A DNA stretch of 64,000 nucleotides from Silvibacterium sp. GTDB lineage: Bacteria > Acidobacteriota > Terriglobia > Terriglobales > Acidobacteriaceae. Positions 44,169 through 53,197 of this stretch are shown one piece after another; position 1 is the first letter of the stretch, and every line of letters starts with the position of its first letter. The notes under the pieces were generated by a model that worked only from the letters and a program-made list of their open reading frames with translations, ran no database searches and had not been told where the DNA came from. A program made the translations under genes and the position numbers. The DNA is taken from assembly GCA_036273415.1 (NCBI GenBank), contig DASUHR010000001.1, positions 167,496 through 231,495 on the forward strand, given 5' to 3'.

Positions 44169-46928
44169 ATGCTCTCGAACTTCGTTCTCACGCTGCGCTT
44201 CGCTCTCGTTTGCACATTATCGCTGGTCGCCACCGCGACCTTGGCGCAGACAACGATCCACGTTGGCCCCGGCCAGACCTACACTACCATCCAGTCCGGC
44301 ATCGACGCGGCCAATAATGGCGACACGGTTCTCGTCGCCCCCGGCACTTACAACGAAAACGTCAACTTCAATGGCAAAGCTATCACGGTCACCAGTTCCG
44401 GTGGCGCTGCCAGCACCATTATCGACGGAGGCAACAAGGCTGGAGTAGCCACAGTTGTCTTCGCCACCGGGGAAACGAGGACCAGCATTATTTCAGGGTT
44501 TACGATCCGAGGCGGCGGCGACACTATCTTCTCCGGGACGAGCGACGGTGGTATCTATGTCGGCGGCGCATCGCCAACCATCCAGGGCAATATTGTCACC
44601 GACAACTATTGCCATAACATCGACGTGGAATTTGGAGACGCAACGATCCTGAATAACGAAGTCTCGGGAGTCCTGCAAAGTAGCGGACAATTCGGCCCCG
44701 ATGAGAGCTATTGCACCTTTGGAAGTGGAATCCACCTGCAAGGCACGGATTATTTATTAAATAACCTGGGCTCTACCATTATTAGCAACACCATTGAGAA
44801 CAACCTGACGGGATCGGGGATCAACATATGGGCGGCGCAAAATGTGCTCATCATGAACAACACCATTCGAAACAATAACTCTCCTGACCCCGGGAGCGCC
44901 TTCACCTCCGCGAACAGTGAAGGCACCGTTATCGTCCAGAACCTGATCTACGACAATACCTCTACCTGCGGTGGCGCACTCGGATTTGAAGATGCAGGTT
45001 TGGCGGGGGGCACTCCGCTCGTCCTCATCGGCAACAACACGATTGTCGATAACGTGACGCCAAAGGCCTCTGGCGGTTCAGAGTGCACCGCGATCGCGCA
45101 GATATATCCTGGGCCTTATTCCTATGGATCGAGTGGTCCCGGCGTCCTCATTCTCAACAACGTTGTCAGTGGCTCGACCTCCTATCCGGCTGTCAATTGC
45201 TCCTGGTACGACCCGCCCAGCGAGACGGATCAGCCTACATTTCAGAACAACATCCTCTACAACGCCGGAGGCCCGTTCTTTGGATCCTACTGTGTGGATG
45301 TTTCGGGCAAATACAACAACATCGCCGCCGATCCACAGTTTGTCAGTTCCTCGACGCATGCCTACCGCCTGAAAGAAACATCGCCAGCAATCGATAGCGG
45401 TCAAAACAACATCCAGCAAATCTTCAAGACTATGACCGGGCTGGATTTTACGCAGGACTTTGATGGCAACCCCCGCGTGCAGGATGCCACCGGCGCCGGT
45501 TGCATCATCGACATGGGAGCCTACGAATACCCTGGCGCAGCCAGCAATTGCGGAACCTCAGAGACGCTGACCAGTTCCCTCAACCCTTCCGCGGTTGGAC
45601 AGAGTGTCACCTTTACAGCCCAACTAACTACAAATTCAGGCATACCGACAGGCAGCATTCAGTTTCTGGATGGGACCACTCCTCTCTCGACCCAGACGGT
45701 TTCGAGTACTGGATCGTCCAGCTTCAGCACAAGTTCGCTTGCGATCGGCAGTCACAACATCAGTGCGAACTATGAACCTACAGGAAGCTTTAGCGCGGGC
45801 ACGGCTTCGCTGACTCAGGTGGTCAATGGGTACGCGACCACCACCACCCTTTCATGTCTGCCGACCCCGATCGACGTATACAAAACCAGCGTGTTTACCG
45901 CCACCGTTACGTCTGCCAACGGCACGCCCACGGGTGCCATCACGTTTACCGACAACGGAGCCGCACTTGCAACAGAAGTTCTTCTCAACGGCGCAACCGG
46001 ATTCAACTACACCGGCTCGGTCGCCGGGACACATACCGTTATAGCGACCTACACGCCGACCGGACCCTTTGCCGCGAGCTCGGCAACCTGCTCCGAAGTT
46101 GTCAACCCCCTTCCGACAACCTCTGTCCTGACCGTCACTCCGGCAGTTTCTACCTACGGTTCCCCGGTCGCGCTCTCTGCAACCGTCTCCCCCGCCACGC
46201 TGCCCGGTCCCAGCACTCCCACTGGCGTTGTCACTTTCTACAACGGCGCTTCTGCCGTCGGCACCGCCACACTCGTAAACGGAATTGCAAGCCTGACTCC
46301 AGCCTCCCTTCCCGACGGAAGCTATAACCTCACCTGCATATATAGTGGAAGCTCCATCTACTCTGTAAGCAATTGCAATCTGGTTCCGGTCGTCATCCAG
46401 GCTCCTCCAGTCACGGGGGATTTTACGATTAACGTGAAGCCGGGATCGGTTTCTGTCTATCCCGGAGATAAAGCTAAGACGAAAGTGAATGTGGCTAGCT
46501 CGGGGGGCTTCAGTGAACAGCTTGCACTGAGCTGTACGGGACTTCCTGCGGAGACATCTTGCCAGTTCAGTCCAGATTCCATGACGAACGGGCAGGGAGA
46601 GTCCGCGCTTGTGATTCAGACGACGCCTCCACATAGGCTTCCGGCCAGCGCAGCGGCTGGGATCGCACGGATACCTGGAGTGCTGGCATTTGTCATCATG
46701 CTCGGTTGGCGTCGGCGGCGGGGCTTGCTGGCGAAGATGCTAATTGTATTTCTGGCTGCCAACGTCTTGTTTGCGGCCGCTGGAATGCTAGCCGGATGCG
46801 GATCCCCACCCGGAGCCACTGGCGGTACCCCAACCGGCGTGTATCAGGTTTTAGTGACGGCGACGACAGGAAGTGGCACGGCTCTTACGCACTCAGCTCC
46901 CGTTACCCTAACCGTGAAGTCATATTGA
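44169..46928 (+). CDS. Secreted right-handed beta-helix (NosD/pectate-lyase-like) protein with Ig-like repeats and C-terminal hydrophobic segments
   Basis: A signal peptide is followed by TIHVGPGQTYTTIQSGIDAANNGDTVLVAPGTYNENV and repeated ...N.I.NN... beta-helix rungs. Four Ig-like modules follow (LTSSLNPSAVGQSVTFTA and similar). Near the C-terminus there are two hydrophobic helices. Confidence 0.8.
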   Translation: MLSNFVLTLRFALVCTLSLVATATLAQTTIHVGPGQTYTTIQSGIDAANNGDTVLVAPGTYNENVNFNGKAITVTSSGGAASTIIDGGNKAGVATVVFATGETRTSIISGFTIRGGGDTIFSGTSDGGIYVGGASPTIQGNIVTDNYCHNIDVEFGDATILNNEVSGVLQSSGQFGPDESYCTFGSGIHLQGTDYLLNNLGSTIISNTIENNLTGSGINIWAAQNVLIMNNTIRNNNSPDPGSAFTSANSEGTVIVQNLIYDNTSTCGGALGFEDAGLAGGTPLVLIGNNTIVDNVTPKASGGSECTAIAQIYPGPYSYGSSGPGVLILNNVVSGSTSYPAVNCSWYDPPSETDQPTFQNNILYNAGGPFFGSYCVDVSGKYNNIAADPQFVSSSTHAYRLKETSPAIDSGQNNIQQIFKTMTGLDFTQDFDGNPRVQDATGAGCIIDMGAYEYPGAASNCGTSETLTSSLNPSAVGQSVTFTAQLTTNSGIPTGSIQFLDGTTPLSTQTVSSTGSSSFSTSSLAIGSHNISANYEPTGSFSAGTASLTQVVNGYATTTTLSCLPTPIDVYKTSVFTATVTSANGTPTGAITFTDNGAALATEVLLNGATGFNYTGSVAGTHTVIATYTPTGPFAASSATCSEVVNPLPTTSVLTVTPAVSTYGSPVALSATVSPATLPGPSTPTGVVTFYNGASAVGTATLVNGIASLTPASLPDGSYNLTCIYSGSSIYSVSNCNLVPVVIQAPPVTGDFTINVKPGSVSVYPGDKAKTKVNVASSGGFSEQLALSCTGLPAETSCQFSPDSMTNGQGESALVIQTTPPHRLPASAAAGIARIPGVLAFVIMLGWRRRRGLLAKMLIVFLAANVLFAAAGMLAGCGSPPGATGGTPTGVYQVLVTATTGSGTALTHSAPVTLTVKSY

Positions 46929-47153
46929 GACAGGGAATTGCATGTGACTCTACTGCTGTAATTCTTTTGCGTTGTGATCTTGAATTTCTTTCCGGTATAT
47001 TGATCGACCCACGACATCACTATCCAAGTGTTGGAACTCAATTCAAACGGCGCAATTAGATGAAAATTCTCCGGATTTGAGCCGATAGGATGCCCGAGTG
47101 GGCTGACATGGCATGTCAGAAGAAAATTAAACGGCTTGATCTGTCGCATGCAC

Positions 47154-47690
47154 CTAATTGCTGAAGACGTGCAGCCGTGCCGGAGGATGATCGGCTGCAA
47201 GTTCATGTCCGCAGTGAACGCAGAAAATATCTGTAATGCGCGCGCTTCGGTGGCAGTTGCCGCAGCACGCCGTCATCTGGTACGCGCACTGAGGACAATA
47301 GTGGTAATCGCCTTCAATATGCGCCCCGCAAGCCGGACAAGAGGCCAGAATCGGTTGTCTCAACAGAAAATACAGCGCCGCTCCAATGCCGCCTGGAATG
47401 ATCACGCAGATCATCCATAGCCGCGCGCTCATTCCGCGCCGCGGAGCGTCCTTGCTGATGTAGCCGATCACCAGCATCGAGAACGCCGCCAGCGCTCCCC
47501 ACGAAATCAGGAGATAGAACCTCAGAGCAAACGGCAGCCGGCTCGGATGACCGCTGTGAGACGGCAGCACGACCCAGAAATAGTATTCGACCAGCGCGAA
47601 CGCGAGCAGGGCGCCCAAAATCGCCCAATGCGGAATCAGCCGCAGCTCGTCGGAGAACCGGTTTTCGTCTCTCTTCCAGGGATCGCCCAT
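47154..47690 (-). CDS. Membrane protein with a C-terminal double zinc-ribbon
   Basis: It has 4 hydrophobic segments, then CPACGAHIEGDYHYCPQC...CCGNCHRSARITDIFCVHCG. Confidence 0.6.
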   Translation of the reverse strand: MGDPWKRDENRFSDELRLIPHWAILGALLAFALVEYYFWVVLPSHSGHPSRLPFALRFYLLISWGALAAFSMLVIGYISKDAPRRGMSARLWMICVIIPGGIGAALYFLLRQPILASCPACGAHIEGDYHYCPQCAYQMTACCGNCHRSARITDIFCVHCGHELAADHPPARLHVFSN

Positions 47691-47713
47691 ATCACTCGTT
47701 AGCCTTCAAAAAA

Positions 47714-48064
47714 TTACGCGCGCTCGCCGCTCGAGCGGCCATTCCACTGCGCCAGCACCACTGCAAAAATCGTTGAAAGCGTGGTTGCCACCAGGAGCGC
47801 CGTCAATGCCGGAGTGTCCATCCACAACTCGCCGCTGAACAGGTCTTCCGCCAACACCCACAGCGTCGGAGTCAGAAGCATCAGCAGCACGCCCAATGCC
47901 AGCAGCACTAGGCCGATCTGGTAGCGTCCACGCCGTTGCGCCTCGCGCATCTGGCTAGCCGCTTCCATTACCGCGCGCCGCGTGCGCTGCACCACCATCA
48001 TGTCCGACTGGGCGTCAAGTCCGGCCAGCGCGTCCAGCAATTTCGGATCGGGAGTCTCGCTCAC
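47714..48064 (-). CDS. Putative anti-sigma factor (single/double-pass membrane protein)
   Basis: Its start overlaps the ECF sigma stop by 4 nt. It has a short cytoplasmic N-terminus followed by hydrophobic segments. The call is positional. Confidence 0.5.
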   Translation of the reverse strand: MSETPDPKLLDALAGLDAQSDMMVVQRTRRAVMEAASQMREAQRRGRYQIGLVLLALGVLLMLLTPTLWVLAEDLFSGELWMDTPALTALLVATTLSTIFAVVLAQWNGRSSGERA

Positions 48065-48672
48065 TGCGCTCTCCCCTCCAGATGCGGCTTCAGCGCCGCC
48101 AATCCGCGATAAAGACGCGACTTCACCGTCGACAGCGGCGACCGCGTCACCATAGCTATTTCCTCCAGCGAAAGCTCCTCATGAAAGCGCAGCGTCAGCA
48201 CCTCGCGATGCAGGGGATCGAGTGCCAGCATTGCGGCCGCAACGTCGCGTGCCTCTTCCTGGCTCCTGTACCGGTCAAACGGATTCGGCCCCTGGCTCGC
48301 AATCTCAAATGTAAAATCTTCGCCCTCCACCGTGCACAGGTCTTCCAGGCTCACCATCGTTCGCCTGCGACGAAGGTCGATCAGCATGTTCCGCGCTACG
48401 GTGAACAACCAGGTATCGAAGCGCGCCGCACCGTTGTACTGCGCCCCGCGCGTCAGCACGCGCATCCACGTCTCCTGGAAAAGATCATCCGCCGTCTCGC
48501 GGTCGCCGGTGAGGAACAGCAGATACCGCAGTAGCCGATGCTGATACTGCACGATCAGCCGGTCCACCAGTTCCGCATCGTGGCGCTTCAATCCCCGCGC
48601 CACCGCCAGGTTTTCTGCGCGCGCCTGGTCAGCCAATGCCCGGTCCATCACTCGTAGCGCCGACGTGCTCAT
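48061..48672 (-). CDS. ECF-type RNA polymerase sigma-70 family factor
   Basis: Region 2 (DDLFQETWMRV...FDTWLFTVARN) and region 4 (LSLEEIAMVTRSPLSTVKSRLYRG). ATG 48672 was chosen over the longer ORF. Confidence 0.85.
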   Translation of the reverse strand: MSTSALRVMDRALADQARAENLAVARGLKRHDAELVDRLIVQYQHRLLRYLLFLTGDRETADDLFQETWMRVLTRGAQYNGAARFDTWLFTVARNMLIDLRRRRTMVSLEDLCTVEGEDFTFEIASQGPNPFDRYRSQEEARDVAAAMLALDPLHREVLTLRFHEELSLEEIAMVTRSPLSTVKSRLYRGLAALKPHLEGRAQ

Positions 48673-48938
48673 CTCGTCTTCAGAGACGGACAGAGCGCGC
48701 GGAAAGACGCTCCGGGCAACTAGATTTTCGAGTTTGCGGGAAATTCCCACGCATTTCTCCTCAATGTCCTGCGAGGTGCGGCCGCAACCGAGCGGCTCGC
48801 TCTTACTCGCTAACCCTTCAATGATGAAGCAGATGACCGGCCGCGCGCAATAGCCGATTCTGGGACGTCGCCACACCGATAAAGCCTTGCCACGATCATT
48901 CGCGATGTCTTTTCTCCCTAACAATTTAAGCTAGACAA

Positions 48939-49733
48939 ATGGAGATTCTCTACGGGCTGCACCCGGTCGAGGAGGCTTTGCGCTCCGGTAGCAGGAAATT
49001 TGACCACCTCTGCGTCGCCCGCGAGCGTCACGACCAGCGCCTTCAGAAAGTCATTGACGCAGCACGCGAATCCGGCCTTCGCCTACGCTTCGAGCCCAAA
49101 GAAGAGCTCACCCGTCTGGCGAAAACCACCGCCCACCAGGGAATCGTAGCCGTCGTCCGCACCCGCGAGTTCCTCGATCTCGAAGACCTGCTCGCGCCGC
49201 CCGAAAGTAGTTCCGAACCCCGCCTGCTGCTCGCCCTGGACGGGATCGAAGATCCCCAGAACCTCGGCGCGCTCCTCCGCACCGCCGACGCCTCCGGAAT
49301 CGACGGCGTCCTGCTCACCGAGCGCCGCGCCGCCCCGCTTAGCCCTGTCGCCGTCAAAGCCTCCGCCGGAGCCGCCGAGCACGTCCGCATCGCCCGCGTC
49401 GTCAACCTCGTCCGCGCTCTCGAAGAACTGAAGCAGCGCAACATCTGGTGCGTCGGCCTCGACGAGCGCGGCGCCACCAGTTACGACGAGTACGACTTCA
49501 CGTCCAACACAGTAATCGTCCTCGGACGTGAAGGCGACGGCCTGCACGAACTGGTCCGCCGCACCTGCGATCACCTGCTGCGCATCCCTATGGCTGGAGC
49601 CGTCTCCTCGCTCAACGTATCCGCCGCCGGCGCCGTCGTCATGTTCGAGGCCGCACGCCAGCGCCGCGCCCCATCTCATGCAAAGCCCGCAGAGGCCGCA
49701 CCCCGAAAGAAACAAAAAGGTCTGGGTTCCTGA
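48939..49733 (+). CDS. rlmB: 23S rRNA (guanosine-2'-O)-methyltransferase RlmB (SpoU/TrmH family)
   Basis: LYGLHPVEEAL, HQGIVA, DPQNLGALLRTADA.G, GREG.GL, IPM.G...SLNVS.A. Confidence 0.85.
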   Translation: MEILYGLHPVEEALRSGSRKFDHLCVARERHDQRLQKVIDAARESGLRLRFEPKEELTRLAKTTAHQGIVAVVRTREFLDLEDLLAPPESSSEPRLLLALDGIEDPQNLGALLRTADASGIDGVLLTERRAAPLSPVAVKASAGAAEHVRIARVVNLVRALEELKQRNIWCVGLDERGATSYDEYDFTSNTVIVLGREGDGLHELVRRTCDHLLRIPMAGAVSSLNVSAAGAVVMFEAARQRRAPSHAKPAEAAPRKKQKGLGS

Positions 49734-51584
49734 ATGAAGTTGAATTACTTTGCCGCACTCGTTCTTTGCGGCACCCTGTGCATCGCGGCGGCCCAGCAGC
49801 AAACCACGCCCGCAAATCCCAACGCCAAAGTCATTTATTCAAGGTCCGATGACCAGACATCTGCGCAAACCGTCACTCCGCCGCCTGCAAAGGTCACCGA
49901 CAAAGTTACAGATGCCCAGCGATCCGCCATTGTATTCACTGCCTATGACCTCGACCTCCACCTCGTCCCCCGCGACCACACCCTCTCCGCCCGCGCCCAA
50001 CTCCAGATCCGCAACGACGCTGCTCAGCCGCTCACCATCATCCCGCTGCAACTCTCCTCCTCCCTCAACTTCGAAGGAGTCAGCCTCAACGGTCAACGTC
50101 TGCCATTCACCCGGTTCATCCTCAACAGCGACACCGACCACACCGGGCTCCTTCACGAAGCGGCCATTAAACTATCCACGCCGCTCGCGCCCAAGGCCTC
50201 AGTCAATCTCGTTGTCGTCTACAGCGGAATCATCGACACCGACGCACGCCGCCTCGTCCAGCTCGGCACGCCCGATGACGCAGCCCTCTACTCCGACTGG
50301 GACCGCATCTCCGAGGACTTCACCGGAATCCGTGGCTTCGGCAACGTCGTATGGTATCCCGTCGCTTCCATCCCCGCTCTCTTCGGCGACGGAGACAAGG
50401 TCTTCGCCGAAATCGGCAAGCAGAAACTCCGCGACGAAGACGCCACCGTCTCCCTGCGCCTCACCATCGAGTACTACCTCGCGCCACCTACCGCCATCGT
50501 CCTCGACGGCAACTCCGTCTCTGTCCCTAAACCAACCGTCACCCCGACGCAGCAGTACCCGGGAATCATCACCGTCGCGCTTTCGCCAACAAAAATAGGC
50601 TTCGGCGCGCCCTCGCTCTTCCTCACCAGCGCCGCCCTGTCGGAAAGCAATGGACTCCGTATCTACGCCCGCCCGGAAGACCAGGCCAACGCTCCGGGGC
50701 TCATGACTGCCGCAACTCAGGTGCAGCCGGTCATCACGCAATGGCTCGGAGCAAAACCAAAATCGCCGCTCACTATCATTGACCTTCCCGAGCCGCAGGA
50801 CCTCCCCTGGCAGCACGGCCCGCTTCTCGTCACCGGAATCTACGACCAGCCCGCCGCCACCAACAACACCATGATGGCCGACGCGCTCGCCCACGCATAC
50901 TTTCAGTCGCCGCGTGAATGGCTCAGCGAAGGTGTTCCAAATTTTCTCGAGACACTCTGGATCGAACACACCTCCGACCGCACCCACGCGCTCGAGCAGC
51001 TCGAGTCCCAGCGCAGCGCCCTCGCTCTCGCCGAACCGGCCACGCCCGGCAACGCCCCTGGCGAGGACCTGCTTCACGCCTCAGCTCCGATTTACTACCG
51101 CGCCAAAGCGACTTTCGTTTTGTGGATGCTTCGCGACCTGGTCGGAGAAAAAGCGCTTGCCGCCGCCCTCCAGACCTACGATTCCGTCGCCGACACCACG
51201 CCTGACTATTTCCAAAAACTAGTCGAGCGCGCATCTGGACCCGCTGCGAAAAAGGACCTGCAATGGTTCTTCGATAACTGGGTCTACAACGATCGCGGCC
51301 TCCCCGATCTCTCCATCGCCGCCTTCCACTCCACCCCGACCTCGCATCAGGGGCTGTACCTCGCCGCTATCGACATCATGAACGACGGTTTCGCCGAAAC
51401 CGAAGTCCCCGTCACCGTCCGTTCGGGAAGCAACACCCTCACCGAGCGTGTCCTGCTGCCCGGCAAAACCAGAACCGTGCATCGCATGTTAGTCCAGGGC
51501 CAGCCCGACCAGGTCATCGTCAACGACGGAACCGTCCCCGAAGTCCAGGCCGACATCCATCAGCGCAATATCACCGAGCAATAA
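49734..51584 (+). CDS. Secreted M1/gluzincin-like protein with a degenerate zinc motif
   Basis: A signal peptide is present. MMADALAHAYF...WLSEGVPNFLE aligns by eye with the M1 motifs HELAHQWF...WLNEGFA, but the first His and the catalytic Glu are replaced (D, A). Confidence 0.55.
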   Translation: MKLNYFAALVLCGTLCIAAAQQQTTPANPNAKVIYSRSDDQTSAQTVTPPPAKVTDKVTDAQRSAIVFTAYDLDLHLVPRDHTLSARAQLQIRNDAAQPLTIIPLQLSSSLNFEGVSLNGQRLPFTRFILNSDTDHTGLLHEAAIKLSTPLAPKASVNLVVVYSGIIDTDARRLVQLGTPDDAALYSDWDRISEDFTGIRGFGNVVWYPVASIPALFGDGDKVFAEIGKQKLRDEDATVSLRLTIEYYLAPPTAIVLDGNSVSVPKPTVTPTQQYPGIITVALSPTKIGFGAPSLFLTSAALSESNGLRIYARPEDQANAPGLMTAATQVQPVITQWLGAKPKSPLTIIDLPEPQDLPWQHGPLLVTGIYDQPAATNNTMMADALAHAYFQSPREWLSEGVPNFLETLWIEHTSDRTHALEQLESQRSALALAEPATPGNAPGEDLLHASAPIYYRAKATFVLWMLRDLVGEKALAAALQTYDSVADTTPDYFQKLVERASGPAAKKDLQWFFDNWVYNDRGLPDLSIAAFHSTPTSHQGLYLAAIDIMNDGFAETEVPVTVRSGSNTLTERVLLPGKTRTVHRMLVQGQPDQVIVNDGTVPEVQADIHQRNITEQ

Positions 51585-51646
51585 CGACGCAAAGGACCTT
51601 TGAGAATAAGTATGATGTTGCCGACCGGCGCGAAGCGCGTGTGCCC

Positions 51647-53161
51647 CTAAACCTCCAGCCTCCCTGACGCCGCGACCCTCCCGTACCAATGTCCCGAATC
51701 CTTCACCGTGCGTCGCTGATCGCGAAAATCTACATACGTCAGCCCAAACCGCTGGCTGTAACCCTCGGCCCACTCGAAATTATCCAGCAAACTCCACGCA
51801 TGGTAGCCGCGCACGTCCGCTCCGTCTTTGATCGCGCGTGCCAGCTCCGCCAGATGCCCCTTATAAAACTCCGTCCGCCTGGGATCCGGAACTTTCTCCA
51901 TATCCTCCGGCAGCGGCCCATCCGCATACGAACAGCCGTTCTCCGTAATCTCGATAATCGGCCGGTTGTACTCCTTCGAAATCTTTGTCACGATGTCGTA
52001 AATTCCGCGCGGCCACACCTCCCAGCCGTTGTACGTGATCGGTCCTACTGCCGGCATCCACTCATTAAAGTGCCCCACCGGTTCGCCGCCCTGCCCTGCG
52101 TCCGACACTATATGGCGGTTGTAATAATTAATTCCAATCCAGTCCAGCGGAGCCTGCATGATCCTGTCATCGCCCGCCCGCATGCCCATAGTCTCGAACG
52201 GAGCCTTGCTGCCCTCAAACGCATCGGGATACCGCCCCCTGAGCGCCGTCTCCAGAAAGAAAATATTGTTGATCGCGTGGAACCGCTCCGCCGCCGCCTT
52301 GTCCCCCGCGCTGTCCGTCGCCGGAGACCCCGGCGACATGCTGTACGCCGTCCCAATCTTCGCCTGCCCCGACGCCGCCTTCATGGCACGAAATGCCTCG
52401 CCCTGCGCCAGGTTCACGGTGTGCGCGGCCTTGAGGAACAAGTTCATATCGCTTTTGCCCGGCGCGTGCACGCCTGTCCCATAGCCCAGCATGGTGAACA
52501 CCCACGGCTCATTAAAAATCGCCCACGTCTTTACGCGATCGCCCAGCGACTTCGCCACAATCCCGGAATAGTCCGCGAAGTATTTATACAAATCCCGATT
52601 CGGCCACCCGCCCTGCTCTTCCAGCGCCTGCGGCAGGTCCCAATGGAATACCGTGCACAACGGGCGAATCCCAGCAGCCAGCAGCTCGTCCACATAGCGG
52701 CTGTAAAAATCGATGCCCGCTTGATTCACCGCTCCCGTGCCCCTCGGCTGGATGCGCGTCCATGCCACGGAAAACCGGCAGCTCTTCATGTTGAGCTGCT
52801 TCATGATCGCAATGTCTTCCTTGTAGCGATGATAGGAATCGCATGCCACGTCGCCCGTGTCTCCACCCTTTACCTTGCCCGTCGTATGTGCAAAGCGGTC
52901 CCAGATAGACTCGCCCTTGCCGTCCTCCTTCCACGCGCCCTCCACCTGGTACGACGCCGTCGCCGTGCCAAAAAGAAAGTGCTCGGGAAAACGCGCTCCC
53001 GCAATATCCAGCGGCGGAATGCTCGAGTCCTGGGGCATGAAATATGGGTTGGCGGCAAGGGAATAGCGCGACAAGCTGGCCATTCCTGCAACAGCGGCGG
53101 CATAATTCAAGAACTGGCGGCGATTGATCAAAGCGAAGGTACCTCCTCGAAGCAGGAACAT
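51647..53161 (-). CDS. GH1 beta-glucosidase with a Tat-type signal peptide
   Basis: INRRQFLNYAAAVAGMASL at the N-terminus; FLFGTATASYQVEGA; NEP acid/base site; ITENG nucleophile. Confidence 0.9.
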   Translation of the reverse strand: MFLLRGGTFALINRRQFLNYAAAVAGMASLSRYSLAANPYFMPQDSSIPPLDIAGARFPEHFLFGTATASYQVEGAWKEDGKGESIWDRFAHTTGKVKGGDTGDVACDSYHRYKEDIAIMKQLNMKSCRFSVAWTRIQPRGTGAVNQAGIDFYSRYVDELLAAGIRPLCTVFHWDLPQALEEQGGWPNRDLYKYFADYSGIVAKSLGDRVKTWAIFNEPWVFTMLGYGTGVHAPGKSDMNLFLKAAHTVNLAQGEAFRAMKAASGQAKIGTAYSMSPGSPATDSAGDKAAAERFHAINNIFFLETALRGRYPDAFEGSKAPFETMGMRAGDDRIMQAPLDWIGINYYNRHIVSDAGQGGEPVGHFNEWMPAVGPITYNGWEVWPRGIYDIVTKISKEYNRPIIEITENGCSYADGPLPEDMEKVPDPRRTEFYKGHLAELARAIKDGADVRGYHAWSLLDNFEWAEGYSQRFGLTYVDFRDQRRTVKDSGHWYGRVAASGRLEV

Positions 53162-53197
53162 CCTAGCATCGGGAGGCGATATTAGTAAAACGATTAA

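Noticed and set aside
46844-47206. A 120-aa minus-strand ORF as a real gene.
   Set aside because: It overlaps both flanking CDS ends, and only the central low-GC part is free. It is kept as a possible remnant in the findings, not as a feature.
51689-53185. A 498-aa plus-strand ORF.
   Set aside because: It is exactly antisense to the well-supported GH1 gene. It is Arg/Pro/His-rich with no motifs, which is typical of a shadow ORF in high-GC DNA.
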